Shown: positions 17,171 to 26,244 of the stretch, in pieces
Numbering within the stretch: the first letter of the stretch is position 1
Layout of the letters: every line of letters starts with the position of its first letter
Position numbers and translations under genes: made by a program
Assembly (NCBI GenBank): GCA_964589445.1
Contig: CAZPQX010000002.1
Location: 91,882 to 155,881, forward strand
Length of the DNA stretch: 64,000 bases
Reading direction: 5' to 3'
Source: an uncultured Candidatus Saccharibacteria bacterium
Lineage (GTDB): Bacteria; Patescibacteriota; Minisyncoccia; Phycocordibacterales; WO2-35-19
The notes under the pieces: model-generated
Told to the model about the DNA's origin: nothing
What the model saw: only the letters and a program-made list of their open reading frames with translations
The model's database searches: none

Positions 17171-17436
17171 ATATCCAGTAGAAAGCTGGATTTTCGTTTA
17201 TGAATCTTGTGTGAAGCTGTATGGGCTAAAAAGCCCTACACTACCATGCAAGATAGGGGATTTGTTTGTTAAAGCAGGGCAACAACAATGGTTCGCCGCT
17301 CTGATTCTTTCATTCAGGTTCCCCCTGAATCTCGAGAAACCTCTGCATTCTTATATTAGAGCAGGGAAGTCAAAAAAAAGTTTCTAGGGGCTAAGGATTA
17401 AAATTAAACAATTGGCTTATTTTACAAAATACCATT
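17171..17436 (+). promoter_or_regulatory. long structured 5' leader (~265 nt) upstream of the SLT-like gene; candidate cis-regulatory RNA/riboswitch
   Basis: Several hairpins (tgggct-aaaaa-gcccta; ttcagg-ttcccc-ctgaa), repeated gcaggg; no coding potential consistent with the promoter. Confidence 0.3.
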
Positions 17437-17919
17437 TTGGGATTTGTAATGATCGCTTCTAACCTCGGAGGAGGAATGGAAGCAAGTCCCGTAACAGTTC
17501 CTCTAAATTTGAAAACAGAAAGCGCGGTCACACAGGTAGTGCCTTCACAGAAAAAAGAATCACAAGAAAAAATTGAGAATCTTATGACTGTAGAAGAATA
17601 TGTCAGGGGATACTTCTCTGATATACCAGTGATGATCGAGATCGCAAAGTGTGAGTCAAGGTTTAGGCAGTATGACAAGAATGGTGAGGTGCTACGTGGA
17701 GATGTGAATTCCCTAGACAGGGGAGTAATGCAGATCAACGAGTACTACCACCTTGAGACTGCTGAAAAATTGGGCTATGACTTGCTTACGATAGAAGGGA
17801 ACACGGCTTACGCAAGATACATATATGAGAAGTCTGGCGTCAAACCTTGGGTCTCCTCTTCTCCCTGCTGGGGGAAGAGTGCAGCCTATAGTGAATATAA
17901 AGACTTAGCTGTAAAATAA
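17437..17919 (+). CDS. lysozyme-like / lytic transglycosylase (SLT-domain-like) protein
   Basis: AKCESRFRQ...GVMQINEYYH resembles SLT catalytic E-S and GLMQ motifs; hydrophobic N-terminus. Confidence 0.5.
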   Translation: MGFVMIASNLGGGMEASPVTVPLNLKTESAVTQVVPSQKKESQEKIENLMTVEEYVRGYFSDIPVMIEIAKCESRFRQYDKNGEVLRGDVNSLDRGVMQINEYYHLETAEKLGYDLLTIEGNTAYARYIYEKSGVKPWVSSSPCWGKSAAYSEYKDLAVK

Positions 17920-17932
17920 TTTTGAAAAACAA

Positions 17933-17990
17933 AATCCCTCTGCCTGAACTAAGGCGGGGGATTTTGTTTTTATTTTTTTATTTTTCTATT
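17933..17990 (+). terminator. rho-independent terminator
   Basis: aaaatcccc...gggggatttt hairpin followed by long T-run. Confidence 0.5.
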
Positions 17991-18087
17991 AATAGGTCTT
18001 GTGGGCGACAAACATTAGTAACGTCGCACAATATATCTTTTCGGTAATATAACTATATTTATATTATAATAATGAATAAGCCAGCCC

Positions 18088-18172
18088 TGGGTATATTCTT
18101 CGAAAAGCACGTCGACCCGGGAGTGGTTAATCAAGGCATTTCAGAGTCTTCCCGTTCAGGGATTTCTAAAAC
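18088..18172. repeat. MITE/REP-like element copy A
   Basis: Core ttcttcgaaaagcac...gggagtgg...caaggc shared with copies at 18569, 21454, 26145, 35107, 49566. Confidence 0.55.
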
Positions 18173-18189
18173 CTATAATCCCCTTTAAT

Positions 18190-18441
18190 TTAATTTTTAA
18201 AAAATTTATCGAGAGTGTTTTTTATAAAATCGATCGACATCTTGGCTAGTTTGACGAGTAGCTCGCTGTACTCGTTCCAACCCTTGGCTGACCAAGTGTA
18301 GGCTAAGTCTAGAAACTCTCTAAATTTACCGCTAGTCAGAAAGCCGACTACATCTACGTTGAATGCGTACCTGAGGGTTATAAGGACTCCTACGACGATG
18401 AGGGTGATACTTATGAAGCCTTTGTTGTTTGGTTTGGTCAT
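18190..18441 (-). CDS. hypothetical small membrane protein
   Basis: 83 aa with one TM (FISITLIVVGVLITL). Confidence 0.35.
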   Translation of the reverse strand: MTKPNNKGFISITLIVVGVLITLRYAFNVDVVGFLTSGKFREFLDLAYTWSAKGWNEYSELLVKLAKMSIDFIKNTLDKFFKN

Positions 18442-18468
18442 ACTATCTTTTATTTTTAAATTTAAGGT

Positions 18469-18520
18469 AAATCTGGTTTGATATATTCTTCGAAAAGCAC
18501 TATTCAGATTTCAAAGCAAT
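18469..18520. repeat. MITE/REP-like element copy B (short, 6-bp terminal IR aatctg/cagatt)
   Basis: atatattcttcgaaaagcac core. Confidence 0.45.
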
Positions 18521-18568
18521 TATATCGTGTTCGTTTATAAAAATCTTTGATAAATGTTGATGTTGGCC

Positions 18569-18662
18569 AGGTTCAGTATGTTCTTCGAAAAGCACCTCTA
18601 TCCATGAGAGTGGTCAATGTTCGTTCTTTGGTTCAAGGCTTTCCTCAGAACATACTGAACCT
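18569..18662. repeat. MITE/REP-like element copy C with perfect 15-bp terminal inverted repeats
   Basis: aggttcagtatgttc ... gaacatactgaacct; internal core near-identical to copy D (21454-21541). Confidence 0.7.
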
Positions 18663-18677
18663 TGCCTAGCGCTTCTT

Positions 18678-19955
18678 TTAGAAGTAAAGCATTGGGTCGA
18701 GGTATCCGTTGCTTGGGGCAATTGGGATATCTACATTTTTACAATTCTTGCTAGAAGTGTATCTTTGTATCTCGACTCCCTGGCTCGCATAGAGAGTAAA
18801 GTGAAGGTGTGGGCCGGTGGCGTAGCCAGTCTTGCCACTATAACCAATAATATCACCAGTAGAGACATTTTGATTTGCAGAGACCTTGATAAGGTCGAGG
18901 TGGGCGTAGAGACTCGTGAGACCGTTTGGATGCTCTATAAGGACCCATTGACCGTAAGAGTAGCAGCCTTTTTGAGCATCTGTATTACCAACACCTTTTA
19001 CAACTCCACTGAGAGCCGCTTTGACTGGCGTGCCTCGGGTCGCCCTGAAATCCACGCCGTTGTGGGTACCTGATACATAAAGCTTCTTGGCATCGACAGT
19101 TTTACCAAAGTATTGTGTAACAACGATGTTGTCGAGAGGGTAGCTGAGTATCCCCTTTCCGCTTGTAGGGAAGCTGCTTGGGTCTATAGCTCTCTTGAGT
19201 TGAGATTCGAAATTGAAAAGTTCTTTCTCAAATTTTTCTTTTTCAGCTTGTGCTAGGGCGAGCATATTTTTGTACTCGGTTTCTTTATTTTTTGTTTGAG
19301 TTAGGAGGCTCGTTTTTTCTTTTTTATTTATCTCGAGTATTTGATTTTTGTCTCCCAGCTCTGACTTGAGGCCTAGTAGGCTTTTCTTTTCTAATTCGGT
19401 CTCTTGTTTTTTGCCACCCAATTCTTCTTTGTAATTTGAAAGATCTTCGGACTGTTCCCTAACTTTGGTTTGGAATTGGACAGAGGTATCGTACTCCCCT
19501 AGCGCTTCAGCCAAACTCTGGCTCGAAAGAAATATTTCAACTAATGATCTGTTTTCTTTTTGGTCGAGCTCGCGGATAGACTTTTGTACAGCTTTTGAGT
19601 TGCTGCCTATTTTGATTTCTATACTGCTGATTTCGTCGCCAAGCTTTTCTAGGTTTAAGTTTGTTTTTTCTATGTTTGTCTCTGTCTTTTTTATTTCGGT
19701 AGTTATCTTCTTTTGGTTTATATCAAGAGTCTTTACGGCTGTCTGAAGGCTGCTTGCCTCTTTGCCCACTACCTCTATTTCTTTTTCATAAACTTTTATT
19801 TCTTGTTCGAGTTGTTTTATTTTTTCGCTGTGGCTGTTGATGTCTTCTTTTAGTTTGTCTACATTTTGAGAGTTTGCTTGTTTGCTATAAGGGCTGTAAA
19901 AAATAAAAACGGCAAAAACAAAAAATAGAATTGTTTTTGTAAATCCTTTTTCCAT
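18678..19955 (-). CDS. M23-family peptidase (EnvC-like) with N-terminal coiled coil
   Basis: C-terminal HNGVDF...GYSGKTGYATGPHLHF M23 zinc-ligand motifs. Confidence 0.8.
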   Translation of the reverse strand: MEKGFTKTILFFVFAVFIFYSPYSKQANSQNVDKLKEDINSHSEKIKQLEQEIKVYEKEIEVVGKEASSLQTAVKTLDINQKKITTEIKKTETNIEKTNLNLEKLGDEISSIEIKIGSNSKAVQKSIRELDQKENRSLVEIFLSSQSLAEALGEYDTSVQFQTKVREQSEDLSNYKEELGGKKQETELEKKSLLGLKSELGDKNQILEINKKEKTSLLTQTKNKETEYKNMLALAQAEKEKFEKELFNFESQLKRAIDPSSFPTSGKGILSYPLDNIVVTQYFGKTVDAKKLYVSGTHNGVDFRATRGTPVKAALSGVVKGVGNTDAQKGCYSYGQWVLIEHPNGLTSLYAHLDLIKVSANQNVSTGDIIGYSGKTGYATGPHLHFTLYASQGVEIQRYTSSKNCKNVDIPIAPSNGYLDPMLYF

Positions 19956-19962
19956 TCATTTA

Positions 19963-21381
19963 TTATAACAATTTTATGGCTGCAAGTACCCTATTTTTAC
20001 TTTCTTCTTCACCCAATATCTTCATGAGGGAAAACGGGTCCGGAGACTTGTCTTTGCCTGATAGGGAGAAGCGTAAAGGCCATAGTACTTCCCCCTTCCC
20101 TACTCTTTCGGCGAGTTGCATGATTTGGTCTGCTTCTCCAATAATTTTTAGTATTTCTTCGAGATTATTTTTGGCTTCTTCTTTTGTTTGCTTTTTCCAA
20201 CATATTTTTTCTGGCTCTGGGGCGGGTGCCTCAAATAGGTAGTCAAACTCGCCTGCAGTTAAGAGCTCCTCTACTTCACCCCACCTGTGTATCCTTTCGA
20301 GCAGTAAATCTAAAAAATTTTCTAAGAATTGAGTATCTTCTAGTTTTGGATTTTGGTTGAATCTTGTTTTTTCAAGCTGGGATTTTACATTTGAAATTTT
20401 GGATTCCCTCGAACTTTTTAGGATGTGTTGTTTGTTCACCCAATTTAACTTTTCGATATTGAAGACGCCGCCCTTTTTTTGGACCTTTGAAATATCAAAA
20501 TCTTTTATTAGTTCTTCTAGGGTAAAAATTTCTTTGTCTGTGCCTGGGTTCCAACCGACAAGACAGAGGAAGTTTAAAATTGCTTCTGGCTCATAGCCTT
20601 TTTCTTTGTAGTATTTTAAAGACACACTCTCTCCGTGTTTCCTTTTGGAAAGTTTGGACTTGTCTTCTGCTAAGACTAGAGGCAGGTGTGCGTAAATCGG
20701 CCTTTCTCCTCCCAAGGCTTCTAGTATCAATATTTGTCTTGGGGTATTTGATATGTGGTCTTCGCCTCTTATCACATGGGTCACTCCCATTTCTAAATCG
20801 TCTACTACGACAGTCAGGTGGTATAGAGGCTCGTTTATATTTTTGGCTATAACGAAATCATTTAAATCTCCTACATCTATCTCGACTTCTCCTCGTATAA
20901 GGTCTTGGAATTTTATTTTGCCTCCTGGGTTTTTGAATCTTACTACCCGCCCGCCATCGCTACGCCCGCCTGCTATGCGTTGCGAATCATTGCGGGCAGG
21001 CTCAGGCGTTAGCGGGCGGGCCTCTTTATTTTCGCTCGCCTCAGTCTCTTGCAAAGATTGGTTTGATTCTTCAGCCAAATAGGCAGCACCTTTCTTTATC
21101 AGTTCTTGAATTTTGTTTCTGTAAATTTCGGTCCTTTCACTCTGTCTCCAGATTTGGCCTTTGTTGTCATAATCAATACCGAGCCAGGAGAGGGAGTCAA
21201 ATATGTCTGTCTCGTATTCTTTTTTGCTTCTTTCTTTATCGGTATCTTCTATACGCATCAATAGTTCGCCTTGATTTTGTTTGGCAAAGATATAGTTATA
21301 TAGGGCTGTCCTCACACCCCCAACATGCAAGAGACCAGTGGGGCTTGGAGGGAACCTGACTATCACTTTTTTAGCTTCCAT
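19963..21381 (-). CDS. gltX: glutamate--tRNA ligase
   Basis: PSPTGLLHVGG (HIGH) and KLSKR motifs. Confidence 0.9.
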   Translation of the reverse strand: MEAKKVIVRFPPSPTGLLHVGGVRTALYNYIFAKQNQGELLMRIEDTDKERSKKEYETDIFDSLSWLGIDYDNKGQIWRQSERTEIYRNKIQELIKKGAAYLAEESNQSLQETEASENKEARPLTPEPARNDSQRIAGGRSDGGRVVRFKNPGGKIKFQDLIRGEVEIDVGDLNDFVIAKNINEPLYHLTVVVDDLEMGVTHVIRGEDHISNTPRQILILEALGGERPIYAHLPLVLAEDKSKLSKRKHGESVSLKYYKEKGYEPEAILNFLCLVGWNPGTDKEIFTLEELIKDFDISKVQKKGGVFNIEKLNWVNKQHILKSSRESKISNVKSQLEKTRFNQNPKLEDTQFLENFLDLLLERIHRWGEVEELLTAGEFDYLFEAPAPEPEKICWKKQTKEEAKNNLEEILKIIGEADQIMQLAERVGKGEVLWPLRFSLSGKDKSPDPFSLMKILGEEESKNRVLAAIKLL

Positions 21382-21453
21382 GAAGGCATTATAACAGATT
21401 TATAAGACTCTCCCAGCCCTCTTATTTATTTTAAAAGATGGTCTAGAAAACTC

Positions 21454-21541
21454 CTGTTCATAATTTTCCAAAAGCACATCTATCCATGAGAGTGGTCAAT
21501 GTTCGTTCTTTGGTTCAAGGCTTTTTCCAAATTATGAACAG
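21454..21541. repeat. MITE/REP-like element copy D (13-bp TIR ctgttcataattt/aaattatgaacag)
   Basis: Immediately 3' of murG. Confidence 0.65.
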
Positions 21542-21560
21542 AAGTGTTTGTCTAAGCTAT

Positions 21561-22694
21561 CTAATCAAGTTTTTGGTGAGAAATAGCTATCGAAAGTAGC
21601 TCTTGGGCTATGGTGTCTGCAGCACCTTGCTTGAAGAATTGTTTGCTGCCATTTTTCATGGACTCTATTATATTTTTATCTCCCAAAATCCTTCTTATTT
21701 CAGCTAAAAATATGTGGGATTTTAGATTTTCTTCTTTTATGACTGAGCAGGCACCATATTTGGCATATGAGAAAGCGTTTTTGACTTGATGGTCTCCGTT
21801 TGAATGAGTAATGGGGATGATGATGGAAGGTATGCCCCAAGCAGCTATCTCAAATATGGTCGAGCCACCACGGCTCACTATGACAGAAGATGCACCTGCT
21901 GCCATCATCATTTCTAGACTGTTTAAGTACTCGATTGGTTTGTATCTATTTTTATTGGGCTGGTTTATAAGGATGGCTTCTGCGGACTCTTTTACTGGTT
22001 CAAATTTTACTTTGCCAGTCTGGTGGATTATTTGGAAGTCTTTTACGAGATCAACGAGCGAGTCGAGCACGGCATTGTTTATCGTCTCTGAGCCTTGTGA
22101 GCCGCCCATTATAAAAATCGTAGGTATGCTTGACTCTAGGCCGAAAAATTCAAATGCGTTGGCTGTGATAGGTATTTTTTTGTCTTCTAATATCGGCTGT
22201 CCGGTCACTTCTGTTTTTTTAGCATCAAAATATTTGGCTGCCTCTTCGTAGGAGAGCGCAACTCTTGTGGCAAACCTGCCTGCAAATTTGTTTACTATCC
22301 CCGGCACTGAGTCTGACTCGTGCACCACAACTGGTATCCTCAAAATGAAAGCTGCGAGTACTGCTGGGAAGCTACCGAAGCCACCTTTGCTAAAAAGCAC
22401 ATCAGGAAATACGCTGAACATATCGAAGAATGCTATAAAAGAACCCCAGGCTGTCTTAAAAATATCGACAAAGTTCATTATGGAGAAATATCGGCGAAGT
22501 TTGCCCGCCGTCACCTTTTTGTATTTTATTTTGTGATCGTAAAGTATGCCTTGGTTGTAGGGGGTCGGTGCAAAGAAATAGAGTTCGGGAGAAATAAATT
22601 TTCTTTGCTGGGATATTTTTTGGATTGATTCGGCGACGGCGATGATGGGATAAAAGTGTCCACCTGTGCCTCCTCCTGTAAAAGCTATTTTCAT
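21561..22694 (-). CDS. murG: undecaprenyldiphospho-muramoylpentapeptide beta-N-acetylglucosaminyltransferase
   Basis: MKIAFTGGGTGGHFYP N-terminal G-loop, GT28 family length. Confidence 0.9.
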   Translation of the reverse strand: MKIAFTGGGTGGHFYPIIAVAESIQKISQQRKFISPELYFFAPTPYNQGILYDHKIKYKKVTAGKLRRYFSIMNFVDIFKTAWGSFIAFFDMFSVFPDVLFSKGGFGSFPAVLAAFILRIPVVVHESDSVPGIVNKFAGRFATRVALSYEEAAKYFDAKKTEVTGQPILEDKKIPITANAFEFFGLESSIPTIFIMGGSQGSETINNAVLDSLVDLVKDFQIIHQTGKVKFEPVKESAEAILINQPNKNRYKPIEYLNSLEMMMAAGASSVIVSRGGSTIFEIAAWGIPSIIIPITHSNGDHQVKNAFSYAKYGACSVIKEENLKSHIFLAEIRRILGDKNIIESMKNGSKQFFKQGAADTIAQELLSIAISHQKLD

Positions 22695-22707
22695 TTTTTT
22701 ATTATAT

Positions 22708-23829
22708 TTATTTCTTTGCTTGTCTTGATATATTCATCACTATCCCGACTTCAAGAAGGTTGATGAGAAGTGCTGTGCCTCCGTGGCTCACGAAGGGTAG
22801 TGGTATCCCCGTGAGGGGTAAAATGCCGATAATACCGCCTATATTTACCATCGCTTGGGATATGATAAGTATAACAATTCCCACAGAAAGTAGTCTACCA
22901 AAATCGTCTGGGGCTCTGCCTGCGACTTTGAGACCTTCTATTGAAAACATTATAAAGGCAGCTATCAGTATGAATGCTCCAACGAAACCAAATTCCTCTG
23001 CTGCTACGGCGAATACGGAGTCACCTATTGGCTCTGGCAGATAGCTAAATTTCTGGACACTTTGCCCAAAGCCCCTACCCCACATTTCGCCTGAACCGAC
23101 TGCGATGAGAGACTGCTGCAACTGGTAGCCAGTTGTTTGGCTGTTTGCGGCTGGGTCAATCAGTGTCTTTATCCTCTGCATGACATAGGGCCTTGTGAAA
23201 GCGAGTCCTGCTAATATCAGCACTCCTGCGATCGCTATCGCAAATATATGTTTCCATTTTGCTCCGGCTGTGATGTACATGGCGAGGCCGGCAAACATGG
23301 TGACTGCAAATGTATCAGTGTCTGGCTGTGCTAGGAGGACCAGACCTACAATGCTAGAGAATATTATGAAAGGCAAAAGTCCCCATTTGAATGTATCTAC
23401 CCGTTTTTTTATACCCGAAAGCCAAGCGGCAAAATATACAACGAAGCTTACTTTTAAAATTTCAGAAGGTTGGAATGAAATAAACTTTAGATCGATCCAG
23501 CGGTGTGCGCCACCATGCTCCATGCCTATGCCTGGGATAAATACAAAAAGTGTGAGGACTACAGATCCCACAAAAAACCAAAAACTAATTTTCCTCCATA
23601 TGTGATAGTCGACTCGTGCAAATATGATGCAGGCTAATGTACCAAGGAAGAGGCCGTAGAAAATTTGTTTGAATGCGACGCTTGAAAATTTGATTTCGTC
23701 GCGCGCGAGTACTCCTAAGGAAGCTGAGCTAAAAATAAAAAATCCCGCCACTACGAGAAGTATTGTCCACACCAAAAAAGGTCTGCTGATTTTGCCGATT
23801 CTTGCCATATAAAATTCATTATAACCCAC
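22708..23829 (-). CDS. ftsW: SEDS-family peptidoglycan glycosyltransferase FtsW/RodA
   Basis: 10-TM profile, conserved SEDS motifs; dcw context between murG and mraY. Confidence 0.85.
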   Translation of the reverse strand: MGYNEFYMARIGKISRPFLVWTILLVVAGFFIFSSASLGVLARDEIKFSSVAFKQIFYGLFLGTLACIIFARVDYHIWRKISFWFFVGSVVLTLFVFIPGIGMEHGGAHRWIDLKFISFQPSEILKVSFVVYFAAWLSGIKKRVDTFKWGLLPFIIFSSIVGLVLLAQPDTDTFAVTMFAGLAMYITAGAKWKHIFAIAIAGVLILAGLAFTRPYVMQRIKTLIDPAANSQTTGYQLQQSLIAVGSGEMWGRGFGQSVQKFSYLPEPIGDSVFAVAAEEFGFVGAFILIAAFIMFSIEGLKVAGRAPDDFGRLLSVGIVILIISQAMVNIGGIIGILPLTGIPLPFVSHGGTALLINLLEVGIVMNISRQAKK

Positions 23830-23939
23830 CCCACCCTTTTAAAAAATACGGGATAACTTTAACTCAGTAAATATATTGCATTTTAGTATAAATTGTGCTA
23901 TAATATGCATTAGTTGTACTTTGAAAGAAAGGAATTCCA

Positions 23940-25421
23940 GTGATTAAAAAAATGGCGAAAAATTTCGCCGAATTCAATCGCGTTTGGGTGTGGGGTACTC
24001 CCCTTGCCTACTTGCCGCTTTTTCTCCTGCTTGTCACCTGCTTCGTGCCGGCTTATCAAGAGTCGGCCCGGGTGTCTGAAAAGGAGCAACAGATTTTGCT
24101 CAGCCGTGTGCCTGATATGAATGCGGCTGACATCCTCCGTGAGGTCGAGTGCCTCGCGGATGAGATGATGCAGACCGACGCATCAGCCCCGGCAACTTCG
24201 CCGGATGTTGTTTTCATTTTGGTCGACCGGTCCCTCTTCTTAGAGAAAGTCTTGCAAAAGAGTCTCTACAAGTTTGGGAGGATGTCGAACCCGCAAGTTG
24301 ATGAGTTGGTAAAGGCGGAAGCCAAGCTGCTCACTCATGTGGGTGCACAAAAACCTCAGGTTTACACCCAGAGGGTAAGGCTCCAGAAGGAGCTCGTCGA
24401 TCGCTTTCAGGGAAAGACGAAAGAGTTTGATGCTCGGCTCGCTGCGTGGCGGGAGAAGCATCCGATTGACCAGATGCCCAAGTTGCCATCTCAGACATGG
24501 AGGCTCGCTAAGGAGGGCTATCTGCTCTCTGTCCTGGTTATGTTTTGCTTCTTTGTGATGCGCTTGTATCGTAAAGAGCAGATTGTATGGGTGGAGACGC
24601 CACGGATCTTGCTGTTCTCTATTCTTTGGCCCGTTGGACTCTTCGTTTATCCTACGGACAAAACAAAGATGGAGCAGCTGAGGCAAGCACTCCAGGTGCT
24701 CTGCTACTCGCAGTCTATCATCATGTCGATATTTGGTTTCTGGGGTTTGGGTGCCATGCAAATGGTCAAAGCCCAAGCTTCTAGTGGCCAGGCAAAGAGC
24801 AAGGTGAACGGAAAGGACCGGCGCTTTGAGATTGGCAAACCAGTCTTCGGTGCTGAGTTGTATCATGGGCAGGGCTTGCCTTCGGAAGAAGGTTTGATGC
24901 TTGCACCGTGGTATGCGATCAAATCTCGCTTGGGACCAGTGAGTGTCTCGCAATTTGGGTTTGTGGAGTTGGGGCAAAATAAGTCTCAGTTATTCACGAA
25001 CCATGCGGCGACTTTTACTCACGACAAGGTGCCATTCGCTTACCGCACTGAATCCGGCGGTTCGCCTAAGGGGGCCTTCTGGAGCGGCGGACCAGTAATC
25101 GTGCTGAGCCGGACTCCTGGGGTCCGCAAGGTCGTTGGGTCTGCTTTGCAGTCTCTTTCGGTCGCGCGCCTGGGGCGTATCCGAGGTTCGGGACCAGAGC
25201 AAGAGATTTTCTTTTCTTGGGCAACCAAGAAAGTCGCTTTAGGTTTTGGAGACATTTCTTTCGACGGCTTTTACCGGATTCGTCCGGGAGCCAAGTCGAA
25301 TGTCGGCCAACCTCGCCTCATCTTCCGGCCCAAAAACTGGAAGATCGCTACTATAAACTATGAGATGTGGTGGGTCGGCTACAAACCCACCCATCGAATC
25401 GGACTGGAATTCACTTTCTAA
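23940..25421 (+). CDS. hypothetical protein (GC-rich ORFan, 493 aa) ending in OMP-like C-terminal ...GLEFTF
   Basis: Markedly higher GC than flanking dcw genes; N-terminal TM; C-terminal alternating-hydrophobic segment with terminal Phe. Confidence 0.5.
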   Translation: MIKKMAKNFAEFNRVWVWGTPLAYLPLFLLLVTCFVPAYQESARVSEKEQQILLSRVPDMNAADILREVECLADEMMQTDASAPATSPDVVFILVDRSLFLEKVLQKSLYKFGRMSNPQVDELVKAEAKLLTHVGAQKPQVYTQRVRLQKELVDRFQGKTKEFDARLAAWREKHPIDQMPKLPSQTWRLAKEGYLLSVLVMFCFFVMRLYRKEQIVWVETPRILLFSILWPVGLFVYPTDKTKMEQLRQALQVLCYSQSIIMSIFGFWGLGAMQMVKAQASSGQAKSKVNGKDRRFEIGKPVFGAELYHGQGLPSEEGLMLAPWYAIKSRLGPVSVSQFGFVELGQNKSQLFTNHAATFTHDKVPFAYRTESGGSPKGAFWSGGPVIVLSRTPGVRKVVGSALQSLSVARLGRIRGSGPEQEIFFSWATKKVALGFGDISFDGFYRIRPGAKSNVGQPRLIFRPKNWKIATINYEMWWVGYKPTHRIGLEFTF

Positions 25422-25435
25422 ACCCTTCAGGTTTT

Positions 25436-25475
25436 CCCGCATGGCGCGCTTGCACGCCATGCGGGATTTTGTTTT
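25436..25475 (+). terminator. rho-independent terminator
   Basis: cccgcatggcg-cgcttgca-cgccatgcggg perfect stem + attttgtttt. Confidence 0.65.
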
Positions 25476-25538
25476 AAAAAAGAAACAGGGACTCTTTTGG
25501 AGTCCCTTGTGTTTGAGGTGTGGCGCGGCTGGCCGCGG

Positions 25539-26057
25539 CTACTTTTTCGGCCAGTTGAGGTAGCTGCGGAATTCGAAACTAATGAACGACTGTTTGTTCA
25601 ACTCGTCCAAGACAAACATTAGCCCTCTGTTAAAATCGCATACTAGGATGTCCTTCCCTCGTGTGAAGTGACAGTTCCCCTTATGGGTGACCCAATCGTT
25701 TGTCGCCCCGATCCAGGTGGTGTTGCCTTCCAGGTTGGTTTCCCATTGCCTCTGATAGGAGTCCTGGATACTCTCGATTTTGAGAGTGGCGTCAAGCATT
25801 AGTCGGGTGTCTAAGACCAATTGCACCCAGCCTTGCTCGTTAGAGTAGGCGAACCAAATAAAATTAACTGTGCGTCCCTTTTCGGCCCAGTATATACCCT
25901 TGCCCCAGCCCAAGGGGCGGGTCAGCCACTTCTTGGCAGCCTTGTGTTTGGAGTAGAATTGCATTTCTTTTCTAACAAAATCTGGAAGTTTTTCCGCGAC
26001 CGCTAAGGTCGCGAAGAGGTTGGTGAGCAAGACGAGCGTTGCTGTTAGTTTTTTCAC
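25539..26057 (-). CDS. hypothetical secreted protein (GC-rich ORFan)
   Basis: 172 aa with N-terminal signal peptide MKKLTATLVLLTNLFATLAVA. Confidence 0.45.
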   Translation of the reverse strand: MKKLTATLVLLTNLFATLAVAEKLPDFVRKEMQFYSKHKAAKKWLTRPLGWGKGIYWAEKGRTVNFIWFAYSNEQGWVQLVLDTRLMLDATLKIESIQDSYQRQWETNLEGNTTWIGATNDWVTHKGNCHFTRGKDILVCDFNRGLMFVLDELNKQSFISFEFRSYLNWPKK

Positions 26058-26144
26058 AGAGATCTCCTGTGATTAGAGTGATATATTTATTTACTTCTGT
26101 CAAACCTAAAAGTATAACCGCAACTATTTTAATTTAGGAAAACC

Positions 26145-26236
26145 CCCAGGAATATTAGGAGAAAAGCCTTGGACCAAAGAAGGAAAAGTGCTCGCTCCCG
26201 GGTTACAAGTGCTTTTCGGATAATATTCCTGAGGGG
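26145..26236. repeat. MITE/REP-like element copy F (reverse orientation)
   Basis: cccaggaatatta ... taatattcctga TIR; core is reverse complement of copy E. Confidence 0.6.
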
Positions 26237-26244
26237 TTAAAGAC

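Noticed and set aside
17136-17387. Track ORF 17136-17387 (+) and 17391-17738 (-)
   Set aside because: The first starts inside the -35 element of the mapped promoter and runs through the structured leader. The second is antisense to the SLT-like gene. Both are likely spurious.
17436-17521. Apparent 1-nt frame inconsistency when hand-translating the SLT-like ORF
   Set aside because: I could not reconcile homopolymer runs (tttt at ~17434 and aaaa at ~17518) with the track translation. Most likely my manual counting error, so no frameshift is claimed.
20946-21023. GC-rich block in gltX as an inserted mobile hairpin
   Set aside because: Protein length in this region equals that of E. coli GluRS, so it is a substitution of the Zn-binding segment rather than an insertion. 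Kept only as a low-interest note.
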